The position numbers and the translations under genes are program-made. From an uncultured archaeon (GTDB lineage: Archaea; Asgardarchaeota; Lokiarchaeia; Sigyniarchaeales; SOKP01), in contig CAZOYD010000055.1 in assembly GCA_964583985.1 (NCBI GenBank), forward strand, positions 1 to 23,497: 23,497 nucleotides of DNA, written 5' to 3'. Of the stretch, positions 1-9,001 are shown one piece after another. Below the pieces are notes generated by a model, which made no database searches, was not told the origin of the DNA, and worked only from the letters and a program-made list of their open reading frames with translations. Numbering within the stretch: position 1 is the first letter of the stretch; each line of letters starts with the position of its first letter.

Positions 1-2
1 GT

Positions 3-1697
3 GAATTCTATAATGGAATTCTAAATGAAAAATGTGGAATATACAATAAAAAATCAGTGAATGAAGCAGTTAACGAAGTAATTCAGGATTTAACCAATGA
101 AGGAAAAGTTGATAGAATTTACGTTCCCGTTACTCGTAATTTGAGGTGTCGATGTGGTGAAAAAATAATAGTAACTATTTTAGAGGACCAATGGTTTTTA
201 AATTTCAATTCAGGAAATTGGAAGGAAAAAGCATTTGAATGTCTAGAACAAATGCAAATAGTGCCCAAAAAATATAGGCAAAATTTCATTAATGTATTTC
301 ATTGGCTAGAAAAGCGACCTTGCGCTAGAAAACGTGGATTGGGAACTAAGCTACCTTTTGATAAAAACTGGATAATTGAATCATTAAGCGATTCAACTAT
401 TTATATGAGTTTCTACACCATCATACACATAATAAATAGGAATAAAATTGATGCTAATCAATTAATTCCAGAAGTTTTTGATTTCGTTTTTTTGGAAAGT
501 GGTGATATCAATCGGATATCTCAATTGTCTCAAATTCCAAAGGCGATATTAGACGAGATGCGCTCGGAATTTACATACTGGTATCCTGTTGATCATAGAC
601 ATACCGCAATAATGCACATCTCTAATCACTTGAGTTTTTACCTATTTCATCATGCAGCTATTTTTCCCGAAAAATATTGGCCAAAATTGTTAACATTAAT
701 AGAACCCGTCATTGTTGAAGGTGAAAAAATGGGAAAATCTAAAGGAAATCTAATTTCATTAGCAGAAATTCGAGAAAAATACTCCACAGATTTATTTCGC
801 TTTTACATATCACATAGTGCAGATCTTGGTGCTAGCATGGATTGGAGAGAGAAGAAAATCCAATCTGTTTCAAGCCATATCGAAAAATTTTATAGGTTTG
901 TTAGAGAAAACATAACAAAATCAAAACAAATTGATCTGAAAATTAAAGATATTGAATCAGATTATTCTAGATTAATTCTCTCAAAAATAGTTAGGAACTT
1001 CATAAATGCTGCAAACGCTCTAAAAGAGTTTAATCTGCGGAAGTACCTTCAAATTGGGTTTTATGAAACTTTTAATTTGATCCAAGAATTCAAAAAAAAT
1101 GTCGAGGATAAATCTGAGTTTATGGATGTGTTTCATATTATGATACCAGATTGGTTAAAATTATTATCTTTAACCATTCCTCATGTTTGTGAAGAACTAT
1201 GGGAATATGCCGGACTGGAAGGTTTTGTTTCAAATGCTTTATGGAGTGATTTTAATGAAAAATATCTTGATCAAGATATAGAAAATGAATACGATTATAT
1301 TACTAATATTATAGAAGACATTCTAAACATACAAAAAATTGCTAAAACACAAAACATTGACAAAATATTCATTTATACCGCTCCAAAGTGGAAATTTGAT
1401 GTTTTAAAAGTCATCACTTCAAGGAAAGGCGACTTTAATCTAATTTTGACCGAACTTAAGAAAGATAGTAATATAATGAAAAATAAACAACTCATCCCAT
1501 TTGTCAAACTTCAAATTAAAGATAGAGTGTGGGAAACCTTTTATCAAAATATAGACGAAAAAGCGCTTATTAAGAAATTCAATAATTATATTGAGAAACG
1601 AGTTGGAAAAATGGTTGTTTTAAATTCTACGCACGATCCCACTAATAAAGCTTTAAAAGCCAATCCATTTAAACCTGCAATATATATTGGAGATTAA
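3..1697 (+). CDS. leuS: Leucyl-tRNA synthetase, archaeal/eukaryotic type, 5'-truncated by the window edge
   Basis: Frame is open from position 3 (EFYNGIL...). Motifs: CRCG, DQWFL, CARKRGLGTKLPFD..WIIESLSDSTIYM, FTYWYP, NHL, KMGKSKGN (KMSKS loop), PHVCEELW and terminal KANPFKPAIYI. Confidence 0.95.
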   Translation, partial: EFYNGILNEKCGIYNKKSVNEAVNEVIQDLTNEGKVDRIYVPVTRNLRCRCGEKIIVTILEDQWFLNFNSGNWKEKAFECLEQMQIVPKKYRQNFINVFHWLEKRPCARKRGLGTKLPFDKNWIIESLSDSTIYMSFYTIIHIINRNKIDANQLIPEVFDFVFLESGDINRISQLSQIPKAILDEMRSEFTYWYPVDHRHTAIMHISNHLSFYLFHHAAIFPEKYWPKLLTLIEPVIVEGEKMGKSKGNLISLAEIREKYSTDLFRFYISHSADLGASMDWREKKIQSVSSHIEKFYRFVRENITKSKQIDLKIKDIESDYSRLILSKIVRNFINAANALKEFNLRKYLQIGFYETFNLIQEFKKNVEDKSEFMDVFHIMIPDWLKLLSLTIPHVCEELWEYAGLEGFVSNALWSDFNEKYLDQDIENEYDYITNIIEDILNIQKIAKTQNIDKIFIYTAPKWKFDVLKVITSRKGDFNLILTELKKDSNIMKNKQLIPFVKLQIKDRVWETFYQNIDEKALIKKFNNYIEKRVGKMVVLNSTHDPTNKALKANPFKPAIYIGD

Positions 1698-1740
1698 TTC
1701 AATTACATTTTTAAAATTAATTTAATCTCCCATTTTTATC

Positions 1741-2934
1741 CTATTCAATTTTTATAACATTAACGATTCTCTTCATACAATCTTCTAGAATTGACTTTGG
1801 ACAAGCTACATTGATTCTTTCAAATCCAGAACCACCTGGACCGAACATTATACCATCATCGAGTACTACTTTAGCTTTTTTAAGCATTAAGTTTTTAAGT
1901 TCTTCATCGCTCAAATTTAGACAATTAAAATCTAACCAAGCAAGATATGTACCTTCAGGGACTATAAATTTTACACTCGGGAGTTCTTTTTCAATAAATT
2001 CCTTTAAATAATTGAAATTATCATTAATATAATGTATAACTTGCTCCAACCAATCTGATCCTTCATTATATGCTGCAATCATTGCCACAATTCCAAAAGT
2101 ATTAGGAACATGGATCCCATTTTTATGAAGTATCGTATGGTTAAAGGATTCTCTTATTTTTTCGTTAGGTATGATAATATTTGAAATTTGAAGTCCTGCC
2201 ACATTAAATGTTTTACTTGGAGCAGTACAAATTATAGCGTTTTGCTCAAATTCTTCTAAAATCGTTGAAAATAAGGTATGTTTAAATCCTGGGAGAATTA
2301 AATCATGATGAATTTCATCTGCTATTACCATAATATCATTCTCAAGACAAATTTCACCGATTTTTTTGAGTTCTTGTCGAGTCCATACTCGTCCTACAGG
2401 ATTGTGAGGGCTACATAAAATAAATATCTTGGTAAGAGGATCTCTCGCTTTTTTTTCAAAATCCTCCAGATCAAATTTATATCTGTTGTTTTCATAGAGT
2501 AATTGGTTTATCAATACTTGACGACCATTATTGGTAATAGCAGAAAAAAAAGGATAATATACAGGGGATTGTATGATGATTTTATCACCAATGTTGGAAA
2601 ACGTTTGTACCATCATGTATATTGCTGGAACTATTCCAGGACTGTAAACTATCCAATTAGGGTCAACTTTCCAACTATGTCTTCGATACATCCATCCTGT
2701 AACAGCATCATAATAAGTTAATGTTTCATGCCAATTATATCCATAGATTTCTTCGTTTGCTCTTTTCTTTATAGCGTTGATTACGGGTTGAGGACACTGA
2801 AAATCCATATCTGCAACCCAGAGGGGTAATAAATCATCATCAGTCGTCTTAAAAAATTTTTGGATTGCTTGCTTATTCCATTTTAATGCGAAAGAAGAAT
2901 CTCTATCAATTAACTTATCAAAATCATATTTCAT
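1741..2934 (-). CDS. patB: MalY/PatB-family PLP-dependent C-S lyase (cystathionine beta-lyase-like)
   Basis: MKYDFD N-terminus (ATG 2934 preferred to TTG 2958), LPLWVADMDF, LCSPHNPVGRVW, ADEIH, SKTFN (PLP lysine), EGTYLAWLD, GFERINVAC. Confidence 0.9.
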   Translation of the reverse strand: MKYDFDKLIDRDSSFALKWNKQAIQKFFKTTDDDLLPLWVADMDFQCPQPVINAIKKRANEEIYGYNWHETLTYYDAVTGWMYRRHSWKVDPNWIVYSPGIVPAIYMMVQTFSNIGDKIIIQSPVYYPFFSAITNNGRQVLINQLLYENNRYKFDLEDFEKKARDPLTKIFILCSPHNPVGRVWTRQELKKIGEICLENDIMVIADEIHHDLILPGFKHTLFSTILEEFEQNAIICTAPSKTFNVAGLQISNIIIPNEKIRESFNHTILHKNGIHVPNTFGIVAMIAAYNEGSDWLEQVIHYINDNFNYLKEFIEKELPSVKFIVPEGTYLAWLDFNCLNLSDEELKNLMLKKAKVVLDDGIMFGPGGSGFERINVACPKSILEDCMKRIVNVIKIE

Positions 2935-3268
2935 TTTGAATCTAGAGATGAAATTCAAAAATTAATTTAAAGATTTATTATTTGTAAGCTTAAAATAAAT
3001 TCAAAGCGCATTTTTCAATAAAAAAATAAAGTAAAGTCAGTAATATTAATTCTGAATATAACCCTCTTAATAAAAAGACGGAAAAAGCTCTTTCCAAACT
3101 ATTACTATATCTCTGAAATTTATACAATTGAAAGATACTTAAAAAATTTCTTTATGAATTTCTCAATCGCATGTTTTTTTGAATATAAATTCAAAATTGT
3201 CTTATAAAATAAAATTAAATAATTACCAATCATTTATTTCCCTATATTCTAATATTATGTGAAGTTTT

Positions 3269-4618
3269 ATGGCAGAAGCAATAAATATGTATGAAAAATA
3301 TTTCAAAGATCCAAAAAGGGAACCTGTATTAATAGATTATGTCCGTACTCCAATAGGAAAAAAGAAAGGTACAATAGTGCGTCATCGAGGTGATGATTTA
3401 GTAGTTCACTGTTATCAAACCATACTAAAAAGAAATGATTTTGATCCTAGGATAATTGAAGATTCAATAGTTTCATGTAACAGTCAAATTGGAGATTGTG
3501 CTCTTGATATTGGCAGAACATCAGCTTTAGCAGCACACTTACCAATAAGTGTTCCTGGAATGTCAATTAATAGGCAGTGTGCGAGTGGATCTCAAACCGC
3601 GTTATCTGCATGGCAATCAATAGCATCAGGCATCCATGATTGCGTAATATGTGGTGGTGTAGAAGTTCAAAACCGGTACCCGATTATGTCAGATTCTTAC
3701 GTGTTTGATGAAAAAGAAGGAAAGCTTGTAATGGTTGCTCCAAACAAAAAAATTCTGACAAATCCTGAGGTAGATGCAAAACTTAAAGAATACAATACGT
3801 CTTTTGCAGGTCAGATCAATTCTGCACACGTAATTGGTCAAGTTTATATGAAAAAATATGGGCAATCTCTTGATGAATATAGACATGAAGTAGATAGTTT
3901 ATCATTATTATCACATCAAAAAGCAGATAAAACTTGGGATCTAAGAGGAAAAGAAATTGAACCAATTTGGTGTCCAAAATTAAATGAGGAGACTGGAGAA
4001 CTTTTACTTGATGATAATAATAATGTGAGTCAAGATTCGAGTTTATCGGTCTTAACCGAAAGAGATGAAACCCCTCGACCAAATTCAACGATCGAAAAGC
4101 TTGCAAGTTTGAGAACCCTAATTGGAAGAAAAAGCCAAGCATTTTTAACAGCCGGGAATAGTTGTCCGACTAGCGATGGTGCTGCAGCTCAATTATGGAT
4201 GACTCGTGCCCTAGCACAAGAACTTGGTTTGAAACCACGTGCATCGATTGTTGATTGTGCAATAATTGGTTCAGATCCGGTACTTCAGCTCACTGGACCC
4301 ATAATATCGATGCCTAAAGCCTTAGCGAGAGCTGGATTGACGTTTGATGATATGTCTTTCATTGAAATTAATGAAGCTTTTAGTCCGGTTATTCATGCTT
4401 GTTGCCGGGATCTTGAATTAGATTGGAAGGATCCCCGTTTTAATCCTTGGGGCGGTGCGATTGCTCTTGGACATCCAACTGGAGCAACAGGAAGTAGATT
4501 GATTGGAACGAACTTGCATCAATTAGAACAAAGTGGTAAAGAGTTTGCCATTTCATCAATGTGTGTGGGATTGGGTATGTCTATTGCTACTATCATAAGA
4601 AATGAAAATCCAAAATAA
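3269..4618 (+). CDS. Thiolase (acetyl-CoA C-acyltransferase), canonical catalytic set
   Basis: RTPIG, INRQCASG (nucleophile Cys), TAGN...DGAAA, EINEAF, GGAIALGHPTGATG, SMCVGLGM. Confidence 0.93.
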   Translation: MAEAINMYEKYFKDPKREPVLIDYVRTPIGKKKGTIVRHRGDDLVVHCYQTILKRNDFDPRIIEDSIVSCNSQIGDCALDIGRTSALAAHLPISVPGMSINRQCASGSQTALSAWQSIASGIHDCVICGGVEVQNRYPIMSDSYVFDEKEGKLVMVAPNKKILTNPEVDAKLKEYNTSFAGQINSAHVIGQVYMKKYGQSLDEYRHEVDSLSLLSHQKADKTWDLRGKEIEPIWCPKLNEETGELLLDDNNNVSQDSSLSVLTERDETPRPNSTIEKLASLRTLIGRKSQAFLTAGNSCPTSDGAAAQLWMTRALAQELGLKPRASIVDCAIIGSDPVLQLTGPIISMPKALARAGLTFDDMSFIEINEAFSPVIHACCRDLELDWKDPRFNPWGGAIALGHPTGATGSRLIGTNLHQLEQSGKEFAISSMCVGLGMSIATIIRNENPK

Positions 4619-4740
4619 TTCTTATTTCTTATTTTTATTTCATTTTTTAGGCTATCATCTCATAGTTTAAGTATAATACTGGTAGACTTTTTTTGTTTTT
4701 TTCATGTTAAAGACATCATTACCAAAAAAGGATAAATAAA

Positions 4741-5295
4741 TCATTTAATTGATAAGGAATCAAATCCTCTATCAAAAGCATGAATATTTAATTTAACAAA
4801 TCGTGAATGAACAGAATCAGCGATTGATTTATGGATTGACTCCTTTGAGACTAAATTAGTCAGCTTAACTAGACTTCCAAGCATTATCATATTTAAAATT
4901 TTCTCATTATTTAATTCTCTAGCAATAGTACTAGCAGAAATTTTAAAAATTTTGTCAGAGTTAGTTCTATTTTCAATTAAATCTGAATTTATGAAGATTA
5001 AACCATCTTCTTTAACTTTTTGCGAAAAATAATCATATGCATTTTGACTAAATCCAATTAAAATATCTACTTTACCATCTGTAGGGTAAGATATTAGGGG
5101 ATCATTGGAAATGATTACATCACTTTTAACCCTGCTACCTCTTTGCTCTGGACCATAAGATTGCGTTTGTATTGCATTTTTGTTATCGTAGATTGCAGCT
5201 TTACCCAGAATAATGCTGGTTAAAATGACGCCCATTCCCCCAAGTCCACAAAACCTAATCTTGATCTCTTTTTTGCCGTTCTTCCCAAAACTCAC
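4741..5295 (-). CDS. korC: 2-oxoacid:ferredoxin oxidoreductase gamma subunit
   Basis: IRFCGLGGMGV, QSYGPEQRG, NMIMLG, NIHAFDRG. Start placed at GTG 5295, preceded by AAGGAG, giving a 41-nt overlap with the beta gene. Confidence 0.88.
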   Translation of the reverse strand: MSFGKNGKKEIKIRFCGLGGMGVILTSIILGKAAIYDNKNAIQTQSYGPEQRGSRVKSDVIISNDPLISYPTDGKVDILIGFSQNAYDYFSQKVKEDGLIFINSDLIENRTNSDKIFKISASTIARELNNEKILNMIMLGSLVKLTNLVSKESIHKSIADSVHSRFVKLNIHAFDRGFDSLSIK

Positions 5296-6148
5296 TTTGA
5301 CTTCTCTCCTTAAGTTTTTTATACAATTCACTAAATGATGGTTTTTTTTCCACGTCCGCGATCTCACCGACTATAATTTTTCCAGCATATTCTGCCGTAA
5401 AACATTCATTTAAGTCCTTAAAAACACGAGCAGATGTCTCATCTTGTACTTTAGGTGAATATCTAATTGTTTGATCTAGAAAATACCGTAAATTTTCTCG
5501 AGGATTTCTGAATTGTTTTTTATTAACTGGACAGGCAGATATAATTTCAATAAAGGCAAAACCTTTTTTTTGTAAACCTTTTTTCAATGATTTAATCACT
5601 TGAATTGAATGGGCAGTTGTCCATCGTGCTACATAACTAGCTCCCGCTGCTTTTGCTAAGAAAGATAAATTAAAAGCGAATTCAATATTTTGATATGGGG
5701 AAGTTGTGGTAAAGTATCCCACAGGAGTAGTAGGGGATAATTGACCTCCTGTCATACCATATGTTTCATTATTAATGCACACTACTTTAATATCGATATT
5801 TCTTCGAACAGCGTGTAGAAAATGACTCAAACCTATAGCAGCTAAATCTCCATCTCCCGTAAATACAATTACTGTTAACTCTGGATTAGTTAATTTTATT
5901 CCCGTAGCAAATGCAATTGCTCGACCATGAGTCGTATGAATACCATCAGCTTCAATATAGGCTGGTAACCTTGAGGAACAACCGATTCCTGAAACAAAAA
6001 CTAATTTGTCTTGTTCTACATTTAATTCATCAAGAGCCCTAATCATATAGTTTAATACTTGACCGTTACCACATCCGGGGCAAAAAAGAGTAGGAAGTAA
6101 ATCTTTTTTTAAATACTTTTCTCTTAACTTAATAGATGAGCTCATCAC
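5255..6148 (-). CDS. korB: 2-oxoacid:ferredoxin oxidoreductase beta (TPP-binding) subunit
   Basis: FCPGCG, SGIGCSSR, HTTHGRA, GDGD...N (TPP motif), YGMTGGQLSPTT. GGAGG SD upstream of GTG/ATG at 6148/6145. Confidence 0.93.
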   Translation of the reverse strand: MMSSSIKLREKYLKKDLLPTLFCPGCGNGQVLNYMIRALDELNVEQDKLVFVSGIGCSSRLPAYIEADGIHTTHGRAIAFATGIKLTNPELTVIVFTGDGDLAAIGLSHFLHAVRRNIDIKVVCINNETYGMTGGQLSPTTPVGYFTTTSPYQNIEFAFNLSFLAKAAGASYVARWTTAHSIQVIKSLKKGLQKKGFAFIEIISACPVNKKQFRNPRENLRYFLDQTIRYSPKVQDETSARVFKDLNECFTAEYAGKIIVGEIADVEKKPSFSELYKKLKERSQSEFWEERQKRDQD

Positions 6149-7325
6149 TAATTCTTCCTCCTTTTATTTTTTTAAATATTTCTTTTGGTTGAGGGATATT
6201 ACCCCCGATTTTATTTAATCGATCTACATCACAATTCCCTTTTGAATGTTCCTTAATTTTATGGTAAATTTGACCTAAGTTCATTTCAACAACCACGTAT
6301 CTCTTTATTTCTTGGGAAAGTTCATAAATTATATCATGAGGAAATGGCCATATTGTTATTAAACGTAAATAACCTACTTTAAAGCCTTTATTTCGCGCTC
6401 TTTCAACCGCCATAAGCGTTGTTCGTGATGATATTCCATAAGATACGAACACAACATCTGCATCATCAATATACTTTGCCTCATAAGCAATAATATCTTC
6501 TCTACTATCTGCTATCTTTTCATAAAAACGTTTTACCAATTGCTCATGTATATCCGCTCTATCTGTAACTGGATACGCCCTCCAGTCATGAGTTAATCCT
6601 GTTAAGTAAGTATGATATTTATCTCCTAATTTATCCATCTCAGGAACTTTAGTTGGATGAGTATAACCAGTTCTAAACGGATGGTACTTCTCTTTATCAA
6701 TTGTAACGGGTACTCTATTTATGATATCAACATCTTTTTGTAAAGGAATAACTAATTTTTCTCTTGTATGGGCAATGGCAGCATCAGAGAGCAAGATTAC
6801 AGGAACACGGTATTTATCGGATAAATTGAATGCCCTTATCGTTAGCCAAAGACTTTCTTGAACACTATTAGGATAAAGGGCTATAATATAATGATCTCCA
6901 TGGGTACCCCATCTTGCTTGCATAATATCTCCTTGAGCTGCCTTTGTTGGCTGACCTGTAGAAGGACCTGATCTTTGTACATCAACTATAACACACGGTG
7001 TTTCTGTCATACAAGCATAACCGATGTTTTCTTGCATAAGAGAGAAGCCGGGACCTGATGTAGCTGTCATTGTGCGATAATTATTCCAGCTTGCTCCAAT
7101 TATCGCTGCTAAGGAACTAATCTCATCTTCCATTTGTAAACAATATCCATCTTCTAAAATAGGCAGAAATTTCATCATTAGTTCTAAAATTTCAGTTGCT
7201 GGAGTAATAGGGTAACCTGCAAAAAAACGGCAATTTGACAATAATGCTCCATACACAATTGCCTCATTTCCAGTTGCGAATTGTAACTTTGGTTCTAATA
7301 GCTCATCTACTTTCGGTGCTTCCAT
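6129..7325 (-). CDS. korA: 2-oxoacid:ferredoxin oxidoreductase alpha subunit
   Basis: GNEA, FFAGYPITPATE, QMEDE, TATSGPGFSLMQE, QRSGPSTGQPT, VVEMNLGQ. Start likely ATG 7325 (MEAPK). Substrate specificity cannot be assigned from sequence alone. Confidence 0.93.
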   Translation of the reverse strand: MEAPKVDELLEPKLQFATGNEAIVYGALLSNCRFFAGYPITPATEILELMMKFLPILEDGYCLQMEDEISSLAAIIGASWNNYRTMTATSGPGFSLMQENIGYACMTETPCVIVDVQRSGPSTGQPTKAAQGDIMQARWGTHGDHYIIALYPNSVQESLWLTIRAFNLSDKYRVPVILLSDAAIAHTREKLVIPLQKDVDIINRVPVTIDKEKYHPFRTGYTHPTKVPEMDKLGDKYHTYLTGLTHDWRAYPVTDRADIHEQLVKRFYEKIADSREDIIAYEAKYIDDADVVFVSYGISSRTTLMAVERARNKGFKVGYLRLITIWPFPHDIIYELSQEIKRYVVVEMNLGQIYHKIKEHSKGNCDVDRLNKIGGNIPQPKEIFKKIKGGRISDELIY

Positions 7326-7536
7326 CCTTTTTTTCCTCTTGTTCAATAAATATTGCCATTTCTGGGCAAATTAATTCACATCTTTTACATTGGGTGCAAG
7401 AATCAGAATTATTAATTTCTGGTAATGGATAACCCAATACATTTAATCTTTTTGACTCTTTAAATATCTCTACAGGACATATTTCTATGCAGTAACCACA
7501 ACCTTTACAATAATCTTCCAAAATTTTAATAGACAT
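7303..7536 (-). CDS. korD: 2[4Fe-4S] ferredoxin-type delta subunit of the oxidoreductase
   Basis: Two CxxCxxCxxxCP motifs (CKGCGYCIEICP, CTQCKRCELICP). First gene of the overlapping delta-alpha-beta-gamma operon. Confidence 0.92.
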   Translation of the reverse strand: MSIKILEDYCKGCGYCIEICPVEIFKESKRLNVLGYPLPEINNSDSCTQCKRCELICPEMAIFIEQEEKKDGSTESR

Positions 7537-7562
7537 GAGATATTTCTTTTTTAACTCCTAAA

Positions 7563-7693
7563 TTAAGATATAATACTCATATATTTCTTAAGATCTAATA
7601 CATTAATATTTATCTAAGATTATTAGATTTATTTATTAATTGAAATGCTAAAATATTTTGTTAAGATCTAATAAAAAAGTGATTATCTAAGAT
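7563..7693. promoter_or_regulatory. Divergent promoter region with repeated candidate regulator-binding boxes
   Basis: TTAAGATCTAATA-N9-TTATCTAAGAT at 7588-7620 and 7661-7693, plus a 1-mismatch TTAAGATATAATA at 7563-7575. Confidence 0.55.
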
Positions 7694-8915
7694 GAATAAA
7701 GTTGCTATAATTGGGGTAGGTCATACAAAATTTGGAGTTCTAGAAAATAAAGAATTGTTAGATTTGTTATGTGACGCATCACTAGATGCTCTTGAAGATT
7801 CAAATACAAGTGAGAAGGATTTTGATTCTGTCTATGTAGGGGCCATGAGTCCTGCTATTTTTAATAATATATCTGGAATAGCAAGTGCCTTGGTAGATCG
7901 CATTAGTCTATTGCCTGCTGCAGCTGACCACATTGAAAATGGACCAGCAAGTGGCGGTTCTGCCATAAAAGCTGGTTTCCAGGCTATTGCATCTGGAATG
8001 AGTGATCTAGTTCTAATTGTAGGCGGCGAAAAAATGACTCACATCACTACACCCGGTCATGTTACGTCCGTGGTCGCTACTTTAACACATCCTCAAGCTG
8101 AACGTCCTTATGGTGTTTCATTACCCTCTTTAGCTGGCATGTTGACTCGATCATATTTAGAGAAATATAACGCCAAATTAGAATGGATTTCTGATATTGC
8201 TATTAAAAACCATCGGAACGGTGCATTAAATCCAAATGCACACTTTCAGAAGACTATAGAAGAATTTATGAAAAGTGCGATAGAGAAAGGGAAAGGAAAT
8301 TGGAATGATATTTATGAATTTTTAAGAGACGATGAGAGAAATCCAATAATTGCTGATCCTTTACGATTATTTCATGTCTGTCCAATATCTGATGGAGCTG
8401 CTGCTCTAGTGTTATGTAATGCTGAAAAAGCAAAAGCATATTCCGATTCTCCAATTCTAATTAGTGGGATAGGGCAAGCAACTGATACTCATATTGTTTT
8501 TGAAAGGGCGGATATCACTACTTTAAAAGCCTTAAAGCTAGCATCCTCTCAAGCATATAAAATGGCACACAAAAAGCCAGAAGATATTGATGTTGCAGAA
8601 TTGCATGATGCTTTTGAAATTTTAGAAGCAATACAATCTGAAGATATTGGTTTTTTCAAGAAAGGAGAGGGCGCTAAAGCTGCACATGAAGGGTTAACAG
8701 AAATAGGTGGAAAAATACCAATCAATCCATCTGGGGGACTAAAAGCTCGAGGACATCCTTTAGGGGCTACTGGTGTTGCTCAAGTTGTTGAATTGGTTTG
8801 GCAACTACAAGGAATAGCAGGAAAAAGACAAATTGATGGTGCTGAAACGGGTATTACATGCAATTTTGGAGGATTTGGGAATAATATTTTATCAATATTA
8901 GTAGAGCGGATATAA
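7692..8915 (+). CDS. Archaeal/SCP2-type thiolase-fold protein with atypical active site
   Basis: VAIIGVGHTKFG, GGEKM, KNHRNGALNPNAHF, PISDGAAA, AELHDAF, INPSGGLKARGHPLGATG. ENGPASG stands where ExACASG is expected. Confidence 0.88.
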   Translation: MNKVAIIGVGHTKFGVLENKELLDLLCDASLDALEDSNTSEKDFDSVYVGAMSPAIFNNISGIASALVDRISLLPAAADHIENGPASGGSAIKAGFQAIASGMSDLVLIVGGEKMTHITTPGHVTSVVATLTHPQAERPYGVSLPSLAGMLTRSYLEKYNAKLEWISDIAIKNHRNGALNPNAHFQKTIEEFMKSAIEKGKGNWNDIYEFLRDDERNPIIADPLRLFHVCPISDGAAALVLCNAEKAKAYSDSPILISGIGQATDTHIVFERADITTLKALKLASSQAYKMAHKKPEDIDVAELHDAFEILEAIQSEDIGFFKKGEGAKAAHEGLTEIGGKIPINPSGGLKARGHPLGATGVAQVVELVWQLQGIAGKRQIDGAETGITCNFGGFGNNILSILVERI

Positions 8916-9001
8916 TAATACGAAAAAAGACAAGTTGAGACTATAATAAGAGTATTAATAGAGAGGAAATAATTTTTTTCAATCGAATTTAAACTCAAAT
9001 A

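Noticed and set aside
5296-5367. N-terminal extension of the gamma subunit in the ORF track
   Set aside because: Lies inside korB. GTG 5295 with an AAGGAG SD gives a normal-length protein, so no frameshift or fusion needs to be invoked.
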